This document shows positions 1 through 9,700 of a stretch of DNA of 53,539 bases, in pieces (within the stretch, counting starts at the first letter, position 1; each line of letters starts with the position of its first letter). Source of the stretch: a virus (taxonomy: Duplodnaviria > Caudoviricetes). The translations under genes and the position numbers were made by a program. Where the stretch lies: the IMG/VR virus record IMGVR_UViG_3300033143_002559, positions 1-53,539 of that record; one strand, 5' to 3'. A model generated the notes under the pieces. The model saw only the letters and a list, made by a program, of their open reading frames with translations, had not been told where the DNA came from and ran no database searches.

Positions 1-7
1 GAGGGCG

Positions 8-226
8 ATGGAGTGGACAACGATTAATTACGGTGAGACCGAGATCCGGGCAGCTGATTTCCTCGATGGAGTGCTCGTTAAAATTGGCGTGATTGGTGGC
101 TGGCACACCGTTTTCGTCCCAGGCTACTACGTACAGAAGGCGACCGGGGACATGGACGGACCGGAGTTGAGGCCGAGGAAGTACGCACCGAAGGAGTTCG
201 CAATTCGGATGGTGGAGGAGCGATGA
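8..226 (+). CDS. Hypothetical protein (variant-specific, outside the circle)
   Basis: 72-aa ORF; stop overlaps the next ATG (ATGA). Confidence 0.55.
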   Translation: MEWTTINYGETEIRAADFLDGVLVKIGVIGGWHTVFVPGYYVQKATGDMDGPELRPRKYAPKEFAIRMVEER

Positions 227-774
227 AGACGCTATTTGGGACGCTGGCGGCGATGTTGGTTACGACGGCGCTGATATTCGGGGTGCCGATGCTGTTCCAG
301 AGCGACATGGAGACTCGGACGATAGCACTTGATTACAGGCCCATGTTGCCGGAGGGTGATGAGGTCACGACAGCACCGATGGAGCCAGCCCCGTCACCGT
401 GGCGTGGGTTGGCTGGCGTTGGTTCAGGCGTTCCTGGTGGCGCGGTACGTCAAGAAGAGGGGGTAGTGATGAGGAGATGCGCCAAGTGCAACGAGCCCAC
501 CCCGGACGCATTCTTCAAGCATTCGGGGACGATCTGCGACACCTGTTGGCATGCGAATGACATGGGGCGATTCGAGGAGATGAGGCCGGCGCCATGGAAG
601 GACAATCCCGACGCCAAGGTGTTGAGGCTGCACAACGGGAAGCTGGCGATCATTTGCCCGCATTGTCTCTGGAAGGTGTTGAGGTCGGATACGTACTTCA
701 ACCACGACCCGGAGACGACCCGGTGCCCTCGGTGTATGGCGCATTACGTAGTGAAGAAAGGAGAAGCAGAATGA
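223..774 (+). CDS. N-terminal membrane segment fused to a multi-CxxC zinc-finger protein
   Basis: GGAGGAG SD; hydrophobic N-terminus; CAKC, CDTC, CPHC, CPRC; internal SD+ATG at 469. Confidence 0.65.
   Translation: MKTLFGTLAAMLVTTALIFGVPMLFQSDMETRTIALDYRPMLPEGDEVTTAPMEPAPSPWRGLAGVGSGVPGGAVRQEEGVVMRRCAKCNEPTPDAFFKHSGTICDTCWHANDMGRFEEMRPAPWKDNPDAKVLRLHNGKLAIICPHCLWKVLRSDTYFNHDPETTRCPRCMAHYVVKKGEAE
302..415 (+). repeat. 114-bp exact direct repeat, copy 1 (circular overlap)
   Basis: Identical to 53426-53539. Confidence 0.95.
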
Positions 775-1469
775 GCGTAGAGAAAGCGATTGAGGCAAGG
801 AACCAATTACTCGACGAGGCGAACGCCATCGAGGTCGCAGCAGAGGAATGTCTGTCAGAAATGACGGTGCCGGCCCTCAATGAAGCCGTGGGGATGCTCG
901 TAGGAATCCGCCGGCTGAACAAGGAGATCGACGAGACGTTCGATGACTTGATCGCCACCGCGCACAAGGCACACAAGACCGCGACGACGAGGAAGAAGAA
1001 GTTTTCCGTACCCCTGACGGCAGCCGAGGGCATCATCAAGGGGAAGATCAAGGAATACTACGCATGGGAGAGCAAACAGCAGAGCGAGGAGTATTCGGAA
1101 AAGAAGGCGGAGGCCAGGGACGCCGCGGCGACCGTTCGCATAGCCGAGGTAGAGGGACTCCGCGAGGAGGGGATGCTTGACCAGGCCGAGGCGCTCGCAT
1201 CCTCGCCGCTCGCCATTACCCCGGTGCCCAGGCCGGCGGCGACGAAGGCAAAAGGGATCGCATTGGCCGAGACGTGGAAGGCGGTGGTAGAGGACGAGGA
1301 GGAGCTGTTCAAATTTATCCTCGCAAACCCGGAATGGCACCACTTAATCTCCATCAACATGAAGGAGCTCAACACACTGGCGAGGATGCAGAAGGACGCC
1401 ATGAACATGCCAGGGGTCTATGCAGAATCGAACCGCGGCGTGACGATTCGGTTGCCGGCGGAGGAGTAA
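771..1469 (+). CDS. Conserved phage coiled-coil protein (DUF1351/Gp157-like)
   Basis: AAAGGAG SD before ATG 771; helical body; C-terminal TWKAVVED...LARMQKDAMNMPGV pattern. Confidence 0.7.
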   Translation: MSVEKAIEARNQLLDEANAIEVAAEECLSEMTVPALNEAVGMLVGIRRLNKEIDETFDDLIATAHKAHKTATTRKKKFSVPLTAAEGIIKGKIKEYYAWESKQQSEEYSEKKAEARDAAATVRIAEVEGLREEGMLDQAEALASSPLAITPVPRPAATKAKGIALAETWKAVVEDEEELFKFILANPEWHHLISINMKELNTLARMQKDAMNMPGVYAESNRGVTIRLPAEE

Positions 1470-1927
1470 TGAGAGTCCGTATCTTCGATTTCTTCGTGCC
1501 AGGGACGCCGCGGCCCCAGGGTAGTGCGAAGTGGATACGGTCGAGGACCACAGGGAAGTCTATCCCGGCGAAGAATGAGAACCTCGAGACCTGGAGAGGC
1601 GTCGTGTCTGTGTTCGCCCATAACGCCATGCTTCGGGACGAGGTAGAGATGATGGATGGGCCCGTGGGGGTCAGTCTCGTATTCCAGTTTGAGCGCCCAA
1701 AGAACCACTACCGGACCGGCAAGTATAGCCACGAAATGAAACCGTCAGCCCCACCCAGGCACGGGAAGAAGCCCGACATCGACAAGCTGATCCGCGCCGT
1801 CCTCGATTCCCTTACCGGCGTGCTGTACCACGACGATAGCCAGGTGGACAACATCATTGCCACGAAGGGATGGGGTCCTCGAGCCGGGGTTGACATAATT
1901 ATCAGAGGGGAGGCTGAGGATGACTGA
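1469..1927 (+). CDS. rusA: RusA-family Holliday junction resolvase
   Basis: PGTPRPQGS, KKPDIDKLIRAVLDSLTGVLYHDDSQV signature. Confidence 0.93.
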   Translation: MRVRIFDFFVPGTPRPQGSAKWIRSRTTGKSIPAKNENLETWRGVVSVFAHNAMLRDEVEMMDGPVGVSLVFQFERPKNHYRTGKYSHEMKPSAPPRHGKKPDIDKLIRAVLDSLTGVLYHDDSQVDNIIATKGWGPRAGVDIIIRGEAEDD

Positions 1928-2159
1928 TCTGGCACGAGAATGTGCGCTCCGTTTGATTGAGGACCATGAACGAACAAGGGACACGCTATCTAAGGTCCTT
2001 GAGGCTGTCGCGGTCCATCGGATCAACACATCTCGCCCTTCTTCTGAGGACATCGCACTATGGGATTCATCTCGACGGCTGTTACCTGATGGTATCACGG
2101 ATTTGAAGATACGCAATACCCTTACGCAGCCAGTTCCTACCAATTCTAGCCACGGTTGA
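1920..2159 (+). CDS. Hypothetical protein
   Basis: 79-aa ORF overlapping the rusA stop; SD present. Confidence 0.5.
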   Translation: MTDLARECALRLIEDHERTRDTLSKVLEAVAVHRINTSRPSSEDIALWDSSRRLLPDGITDLKIRNTLTQPVPTNSSHG

Positions 2160-2267
2160 ATAGGGGCTCAAGTGTCGATTGCGGGATTCAGCCAAACGAT
2201 GCGTTATTCGGTCCGCCGCCTAGAGGGTCATACATAATTTAGACACCGACAAAAAAGGAGGCGCAAG

Positions 2268-2330
2268 ATGCCGTGTGGAAAGAAGAAGAAAGCGAAGCCG
2301 AAGAAGAAACCCAAAGGAGGCAAGAAATGA
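2268..2330 (+). CDS. 20-aa Lys-rich peptide MPCGKKKKAKPKKKPKGGKK
   Basis: Strong AAGGAGG SD 7 nt upstream; TGA overlaps the next ATG (ATGA); not in the ORF track. Confidence 0.75.
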   Translation: MPCGKKKKAKPKKKPKGGKK

Positions 2331-2734
2331 TCTGGCTACAAGCATTACCGTGGAAACTCATCGGCATCGTCGGCCTGGCCCTGGCAGTCATGGCCGGCGC
2401 GATGTTCCTCATGAATTATGGGCAACGGCTCGAGCGTGCGCTGGTGGAGGTCGACCGGCTCGAGGGGGAGCTCGAGAAGGCCAACACGAACACCGAGACG
2501 TGCATGGGGTCACTCGACTCCGCCAAGGAAGCGGAGTTGACATGGCAGACCGCGGCACTCAATTTCGAGCTTGCCTACCGCACAGAGCTCGAGAAAACCA
2601 CACAACCACGCATAATCTACCGCACGGCAGCCGCCACGGTGCCCCTGGCTGTTCCTACGGGGAACTGTGACCTGGCGGCAGCGGCAGCGTGGAGGGTGCT
2701 AGAGACGGCTATGGTGGTCGGGAGAGACCCATGA
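2327..2734 (+). CDS. Putative i-spanin (Rz-like)
   Basis: AAGGAGG SD; single N-terminal TM helix, coiled coil, C-terminal Cys; directly followed by a lipoprotein. Confidence 0.7.
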   Translation: MIWLQALPWKLIGIVGLALAVMAGAMFLMNYGQRLERALVEVDRLEGELEKANTNTETCMGSLDSAKEAELTWQTAALNFELAYRTELEKTTQPRIIYRTAAATVPLAVPTGNCDLAAAAAWRVLETAMVVGRDP

Positions 2735-3129
2735 AAGTCTCGAGCCTTCCAGCGAGGTCCGCTGTCGTGGGAGCCATCTGCGGCATCGCAATTTGTATTG
2801 GATGTTCTTCGACCAAGCCCACCGCCGACGGTGAGGTGCGAATTGCCTATACAGGCATTCTTGTCCCCGTACCACCGGCAGAGCTATCGGGGATATCCCG
2901 TGAGGATCTATGGGCCGAACTACAGACGCCTGGGCTCACCCGTGAGGCGGTTGCCCTCGATGGATCGGTGCTCGTCCAGACGTTGACGCACGACTTCCTG
3001 GTGCTACTCGAGGAGGTGGAGACGTCGATCGACCAGCGTGCCGCTCACAATGCGGCCAGGCAGGTAGTGATTGAGGCTCAGAAGGAAGCTCAGGCGGAGC
3101 TCGAGAGGTTGAGGGCGGGGCATGAGTAA
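2731..3129 (+). CDS. Putative o-spanin (Rz1-like lipoprotein)
   Basis: MKVSS...IAICIG|CSSTK lipobox; Pro-rich VPVPPAEL; ATGA coupling. Confidence 0.7.
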   Translation: MKVSSLPARSAVVGAICGIAICIGCSSTKPTADGEVRIAYTGILVPVPPAELSGISREDLWAELQTPGLTREAVALDGSVLVQTLTHDFLVLLEEVETSIDQRAAHNAARQVVIEAQKEAQAELERLRAGHE

Positions 3130-3409
3130 GAAGTGCGTCTACGCGGAGGTTGGGAAGTGCCACGGAGACCTTTTCCCGACCAACGTTCAGGACAATGTGA
3201 TCTGCGACGGACACCGGAGGTTGTTTTCATCAGCGTCATGGGAGTACGTTGAGGGACTCGAGAAAGCCGTCAAGCTGGCAGAGATCTTCGCCATTGATGG
3301 GGTCGTGTCCTATTCGCTCATAACGAAAGAGCGCCTCCATGAGCTCGGTGAAGCCTGCTTCGAGGCCCTTGGCCGCAGACCCGAGGATCACGACGGGTTG
3401 CCGTGGTAG
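3122..3409 (+). CDS. Hypothetical protein (Cys/His N-terminus)
   Basis: 95-aa ORF, last of the plus-strand unit. Confidence 0.6.
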   Translation: MSKKCVYAEVGKCHGDLFPTNVQDNVICDGHRRLFSSASWEYVEGLEKAVKLAEIFAIDGVVSYSLITKERLHELGEACFEALGRRPEDHDGLPW

Positions 3410-3515
3410 CTAGTTGAGACCGGCAGAGGTCTCGTAAGAGTATACCCGATGCGGGGTAGACTTACGGTTCGCCTTTGGTGATTTTCGGTGTGATTTGATG
3501 ACCTCGTTCTCAAAC

Positions 3516-3610
3516 CTGCCACATTTCTGCCACAATTCGCCTTATTTCTGCCACAATCTTGCCACATTCAGAGGAAATTGCCTCATTCCAGCCACACTCT
3601 CGCCATAATC
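3516..3610. repeat. Helically phased GCCACA-like repeat array
   Basis: GCC cores at 3518, 3529, 3539, 3550, 3561, 3580, 3591, 3602 with A/T-rich spacers. Confidence 0.85.
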
Positions 3611-3668
3611 TCTCGTTAAACTGTCGCCGCTATAGCGGAAAGAAAAGCTCTATGGCGATGGTGATTGG

Positions 3669-3725
3669 AAAAGAAAAGAACCCAGTTGGAGTTATTCTGC
3701 GAGGGCTCACAGAGCTCCAACTGGG
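3669..3725 (-). terminator. Intrinsic terminator of the late operon
   Basis: CCCAGTTGGAG/CTCCAACTGGG stem followed on the minus strand by TTCTTTTCTTTT, 18 nt after the 3744 stop. Confidence 0.8.
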
Positions 3726-3743
3726 CGAGCGCGTGGGTTGATA

Positions 3744-6700
3744 CTAGCGTTCCTTGATCCGTCTACGCAAGGTCTTTTTCTCCAGGGTGTTATATCTCCG
3801 ATTGAACTGTTTGAAGAGTTTCTGCATACGCGAGTCGTTGATCTTCACATCCTGATCTTTCAGGAGCCTCACCCTCTTCTCTGTAGCCTGCACCATCTTG
3901 TGAAACCGTAGGGTTTCGACGTGCCGGCGGTAGAACTCTGCCGCAGCCGACTTGTTGGTTTTCTCGAGGTCCTTGTAGGTTTCCCACCGAAGGTAGTGAT
4001 CCGCCATGTTCGCCCGGTACATCTGCGGGGCGAAGAAGGTTCCCTCATCGCCATAGAATGATTTTACGATGGGCATTTCATGGGCAGCAGGCATGGCGCG
4101 GCGTTTCGGGAGGGACATTGCAAGGCTGATGCTGCGGTTGATGAGGTCGCCCAGGCCCCCGAAGTAGCCGGCGGCCAGGTAGTCGATGTTCTCGGGGTTG
4201 ACGTCGATGCTGGTGTGCTTGTAGAGGAACTTTGTAAAATCCTGCGAGGGCTTGGATACTGACGAGAAGGTGTTGTTGTAGTTGGGCGCCTCTTCCCCGT
4301 ACTGTTCAGACTTCTTGTAGAACCGCTTCTCTGGTCTGATGGGCCCGCCCCAAAACGTCTTGTTGCTGGCAACGTCGTTGATTGGGTCATACCAGGAGGG
4401 CACCACCATTTGCTGCCAGCCCAACAGAGTAGAGAGATCGTTGTCTCCGATGGGGTTGAAGGCGCCCATGCCGGAAGCAACGATTCTGGCAGCGGCATCT
4501 GCCGGCGGCACAGCCCCGACGATGACATCGGCCATTGTGGAGCCTAGCATCCAGGCCACATTGAAGCCCCACGGCAGCGGGATTTTGGCTCGTTTGCCTT
4601 TGGTACCAGGGATCATAATAATTATGTTCCTGGATTTTTCGTAGGCCGAAATTTTGTCGTAGTAGGGAATCCCATCTTCCGGGTCATCGCCACCAGCGAT
4701 CCGTGCGGCAAAGGCCCAAGTCATAGCCATTGGGACCATCGAGCCGACGATCGCACGGGCCTTGGGGTTCTTGGTCACGGAGTCGTAGACCATCTTGGAG
4801 CCCTGGAGAGACGCATTGGCGAAGATGTAGAAGGGCGTCAGGGCCTTCGCCACGGTGCCTTGTTGGGTGAAGTCTACGGTGATGTTCCTGGCGAGGCGAG
4901 CGGCCTTGTCCTTGGAGATGTTCATTTCAAGGGCCCGCTCGTAGACCGAGAAGCGCATGGTGTTCTCGATGGCGCCGTTGTAGTCCTCGATGAAGGGGAT
5001 GATTTGCTTCACGACGACAAGGGCCGTGGCCTCTTTGCCGGCCTTCTTCGCCTTGGTGAGATTCTTCTGTAGCATCTTCATCTGGCGCTCGAGGTCGGGG
5101 ATGATCCAGAAGGAGGTTTCGCCGCCGGCCAGCTTGAACGCCTCCACCCGACTCCGTTTCTCCTGATCCATCTTGTCGAGCGTGTCCCTGCTCTCCCGCC
5201 GGGCATACTCTTTCAGGATCGCCCACGATGACCCCCACTTCGTCATCGTCTTGAGGCCGAATCCCTCGAACTGCTTCTCGCCGGCCAGCTTGATCCCTGC
5301 GGTGATGGCATCGCGGAAAGCGTTGGGGATAGCAAATGCCGGGTTGCGGCTAGTGAACAGCTTGGACATCTCGCGGTTGACGAAGGTGAAGCCGCGGAGG
5401 AAGGCGGGGATGTTTGCCGGACCGATATTGTTGAGCGCGGAGACAAACGGGGCCATCTCGGGGCTGATGTGCCGGATGTAGTAGAGCTTGCCGTCGATCC
5501 AGACGTTGTACACGTTGTCCTTGGTAACGGAAAGCCCGTCCGCAACCTCTTTGATGGCGCCGGTTTTCTCGTCGTAGATCATACGCTTAGAGGGGCGGTT
5601 GATCTCGAACAGCTTCTCACCCTTGGCATCTGTCGCGTTCTTAAACCTTTGGGCGAAATTCCATACGGCCTTTGCTACACGGTTCTTCTCGCCGCGCACA
5701 GCCGCTTCCATTGTGTCAGTGATGAGCTCCAGGGTTGCGGAGTGCTGCGGGAAGCTCCTACGGCCCAGGGCCCTGTGCGCGGCTGGCCGGCGTCCTGGGT
5801 TGTAGCCCCTGCCTGTACCCAGGCGCTTCGTTACCTCTTTGTCGAGGCCGAATGACCGAGCGGTACGTGCCAGGGCCCGGTGCCACATCTTCCCGCCGTA
5901 CATCTCGATCGCCTCAATAGGCAGTCGACGCCCACCAGCGATAACGTCCAGGATGTCGGGGTCCTTGCCGCGCATGGGCGAGTAGTGCTTGTAGTCCCGC
6001 CACTTCTTGAGCTCCTCTTTCGAGAGGAGGCCGGCTTTGAAGAGGGTGTTTTCCTTCCACCGGACGATCTTGGAGAACCGCTTGCTGATCCGGCCCATAG
6101 ATCCGCCGTAGGTGGTGTTGGGCCCCGCCTCACCATCAAACGTTACGGACCCGGTGAGGTCACGCATCTCGTTGAGGATCTCTTTCGCGTGATCGTCCTC
6201 GATGCCGGAGTGCGGCACATTGTCGTCGGCAACCATCTTGTCGATCGCCGCCACCTTCTCCTCGGCAGTAGCGAGCGCCTCGTTCTTGAGTTGATCGAGG
6301 GGCATGGAGACGGTCGCTCTCAGCCCGGTCTCCGGGTTGTGGAAGTAGACGTCGGCAATCTTGGCCTCTTTGTCGATGACCTTGATGGTGCCGATATTGC
6401 CACGATCCAGGGCCCGAACCTTCATTCCCTCGGAAAGCCCCTTGTCCTCGAGGGCGTCGATCTTCTTCTGAAGGATCTGTTTGGGGATGGTGACGTGGCC
6501 GGCGAAAATCTTGGGGTTGCGCTCGAGGGCGTGTGCCGCCATGCGGAAGAGATCGAAGTCTGAGAAGCTAACCCCTTCGGCCGCGAGCTGATCCGTGAAC
6601 GGGACAAACAGGTTGTTCTCCAACCAGTCGAGGAGGGCGCCAGAACGAGCCGAGAAGTTTTGAGCCTTCAGGAAGCCATCCATCGCCTCATTGAGCTGTT

Positions 6701-9700
6701 CGCCAAACTCAGTGAGCTTCTCCTGGACATGGACGATGGGGGCAATCTTCTGAAACAGGAACCGCTTGCCTCGCTCTCGGATATGTTCCGTCAGGGTCTC
6801 ATCCGGGAGCATGGCCGCAGGATGCTCGGTATCGTCCGCGATCTCGAGGGAGTAGAAGGTGTCGGGATCAGCAATCCTCTCGACGGGGCTCAACTCATCA
6901 GCGATGACCTTTGGCACCTTGCCGAATCCTGGCGGGTTCTTCTTGGCCTGTTTGAGCGCATCAGTCAGCTCATTCTCTGCCAGCTTCGCCGCTTTTTCGG
7001 CCTCTTTCTGTGCTTCCTCGGCACTCAGGATGGCATTCTCGATGGAGTAGAGCGCGGTGGCGCCCTGGTCGCCTGTGACTGTGTACTTTTTGCCCTTCTG
7101 GAGCTCGTAGACGTCGCCGGTCGCGATCTTCTTCATAACGCCGGCAGCGGTCTCGGGGGTGATGCCCAACGACTCCGAGAATGCACGGGCGAAATCGTAG
7201 ATGGCTTTCAAGGCACGCTCGGCCACGGTCAGCTTCTTCTCGCCCTCGAAATGCTTCTCCGCAAGCTGTTGGTAGGCTTTAGCTGCTTTCTCCTCGGTCC
7301 CGTACTCCTTGAGGATGGCCTGGCGCTGCTTCTCCTCCAGAACGTTGTGGAAGGCGAAGTGGAAGGACTCGTGGTAGAGGGTGTCTGGAGTCGCGTGAGG
7401 CGCCACGAGGCTGATTATGTGGGCCCCGGTAGCCTCGTAGAAGGTGTAGCTGCCCTTGACTACAGCGGTGCCGGCGGCGAGGCGGGCCCTGACCTCATCA
7501 GGATCCATCTTGTAGGCTTTCGCCATTCGCTGAATGCTTGCCTCGCTGTGGACCTTCGGCGCGGTGAAGTTGACCTGGAGGACGGGTTGGCCCTTACGTG
7601 TTACCTGGAAGCGGCCGGGCTTGGTTTGTCTGACGCCCCACCCCCTGAAGGTGCGTCGGATGTCCTGGACGGTTGGGAGCTTGGTTTCGGTTGGTTTTTC
7701 TAGGGACTCCTGCCTGAAGTCTTTTGGGCGGGCCATTTGAGGCTTCGGCCCAAGCCCCATGTTGCCCTTGCCGGTCTTGCTGAGGAGAGCAACCGCATCA
7801 TCGACGGTGGACAGATCAGTGAGAAGGCCACGTTCGATCGCTGATTCTCGAACCTGATCTGTGTGGACCTCGACACTCTTCGCTCGAGCCTTTGTTCCAG
7901 ACACAGGCGCGGCTGTGGGTTTCGGGGCACGGAAGTATGGAAGAATATCCCTGTTCTCATCCGGCACAAACCACTTGCCGGTTTTCGGGTGTCGCTCGTA
8001 GACTTGAACCAGACCCTTCATCTCTTTTAAGAATTCGTATTGCCTCTCATGCTCCTCTCGTTCGGCCTCGATGTTCTCGTTCGCGTACTCTGCCTGCGCT
8101 CGGGCCACTTCGATGCCGTAACGCATCCCGGCCTCGTTGATCGCAAAGCCGTCCGGGTCGATTCGTCCAGGCAGGACGCGGTAGGCGCCATCGACCTTCT
8201 CGACGACACCGAGCTTCACAAACTCCTCGATCGCATCATTGACCCTGGCTATTCTGATGCCGGCCTTACCAAAGCCGGTCATCTCCATGAGCTTCTCCTG
8301 TACCTCGTCCCCTGTCAGTAATTTACCTTCATTTTGGGTGAGTACGGCAGCTACGGCCTTGGGGTACTCTGAGGTGTTTTTGGTTTGCTGGATGCGTGAT
8401 GCCTGTTTGGGCTTGAAGGTAATAGCAGGGGCGGCTTCACCCGTAACGGGGGCAATGGGTGCCGGGACCGCTCCTGCCGGTTCTATCCCGGCTTGTCCTT
8501 CTTCCTCCTTCGCAGCGATACGGTCAATCTCTGCCTCTTCACCCACCGGCACCGGAGCCCCAATCTCGTCGAGGTCGGCCTGTGTGGGCTGTACCGGCTG
8601 TTCTATCCCCCCGGGCGCCACAAGGCCCTCTAACGGCGCGGAAGGTTGGGCCTCAGTAGCGGGCACGGCGCCCTCTGGAGCGGCAGGGAGCGGCCCAGGC
8701 TCCTCGATGGGCACCATTCCAGGCTCTACGGCGGCCTCGTCCTCCGGCAAGACACTCAAATCCTCCTGGTCTGGCTGTTCCATGCCACCAGAGAGGAAGG
8801 TTTCGGCCTCTTCTGCCGCTTGCTCGAGCTGCACGATCGCATCCTCGAGTGTCACATCGGCGCGGCCCTCGATAATCCGCTCAAGGTCGATCTCCTGGCC
8901 CTGGGCCCATGCGAGGCGGTCGTTGCCCTCGAGCCACAGAGGGGCGGCATTCCAGCGGGCGTTGTTGCGGACCTCTGGAGGAATGGTGGGTCCTTCCGGC
9001 CCCCCTGCCGGCGGGAGGAGATCTTCGCCAACAGGTGCCGCAGGACCGGATGGACCCTCAATCGGTGCTACGCCTTGTTCTATCGGCGGCATTGGCTCGA
9101 ATTCAGGTACGGCAAGGGGTTGATCGCCGGGGACTCCCTCGGCCTGTTGGATGTTGCCGGGGCCGGCGCCGCCCATGATCCCACCAATGAGGGCCCCTTG
9201 AATCATCGACTCAATCACCTGGGAGATGTTTTGCTCTATGCCCTCTGGAGTCAGCCAGCTTACCTTCTCGAGCTCGCCCTTCTCTGCATGGGCTATGTCG
9301 ACCGCGGTTTGCTCAACGAGTGTTTGGATCCCCTCGGTTCCGGCCTCCTCGAGCGCCTGGCGGCCACCGGACATTACACGCGCAACGAGCGCCTTCTTGA
9401 ACGTGTCGCGGACGATAGGCACCCTCTTGAGGAGGTTAGCGATAGGCATGGCCTCGAGTGCGCCGGCCATTACGCCGTAGGTGGCCGCAATGATGTCCGC
9501 TTCCGGGCCCTCGAATCCGGCACGGGCCAGGTCCTCAGAGATAGAGCCGGTTTCCAGGCCAGCGCCGGCAGCAAAGACAAGCCCCGTACCTATCCCACCA
9601 GCTACCGCAGCTGTGCCGGCGCCACCGACGCCAGCCAGGGCAGCGGCTCCAGCGATACCGCCAGGCAGCAGGCCAGCCCCGACGATCGAGCCCATGATCG

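Noticed and set aside
223-301. DGR template/variable repeat pair with 53347-53425
   Set aside because: Differences are not confined to adenines, many are synonymous, and no reverse transcriptase is present
594-770. Extended N-termini given by the ORF track (594, 1274, 2273, 47637, 50372 etc.)
   Set aside because: They overlap upstream genes; internal SD plus ATG at stop/start overlaps give better starts
2243-2251. ACACCGACA shared with ~41244 as a late-promoter motif
   Set aside because: Only 9 bp, and in opposite orientation relative to the downstream genes; could be chance
3516-3610. CRISPR or mini-array
   Set aside because: Units are ~11 bp with no unique spacers, and there are no cas genes
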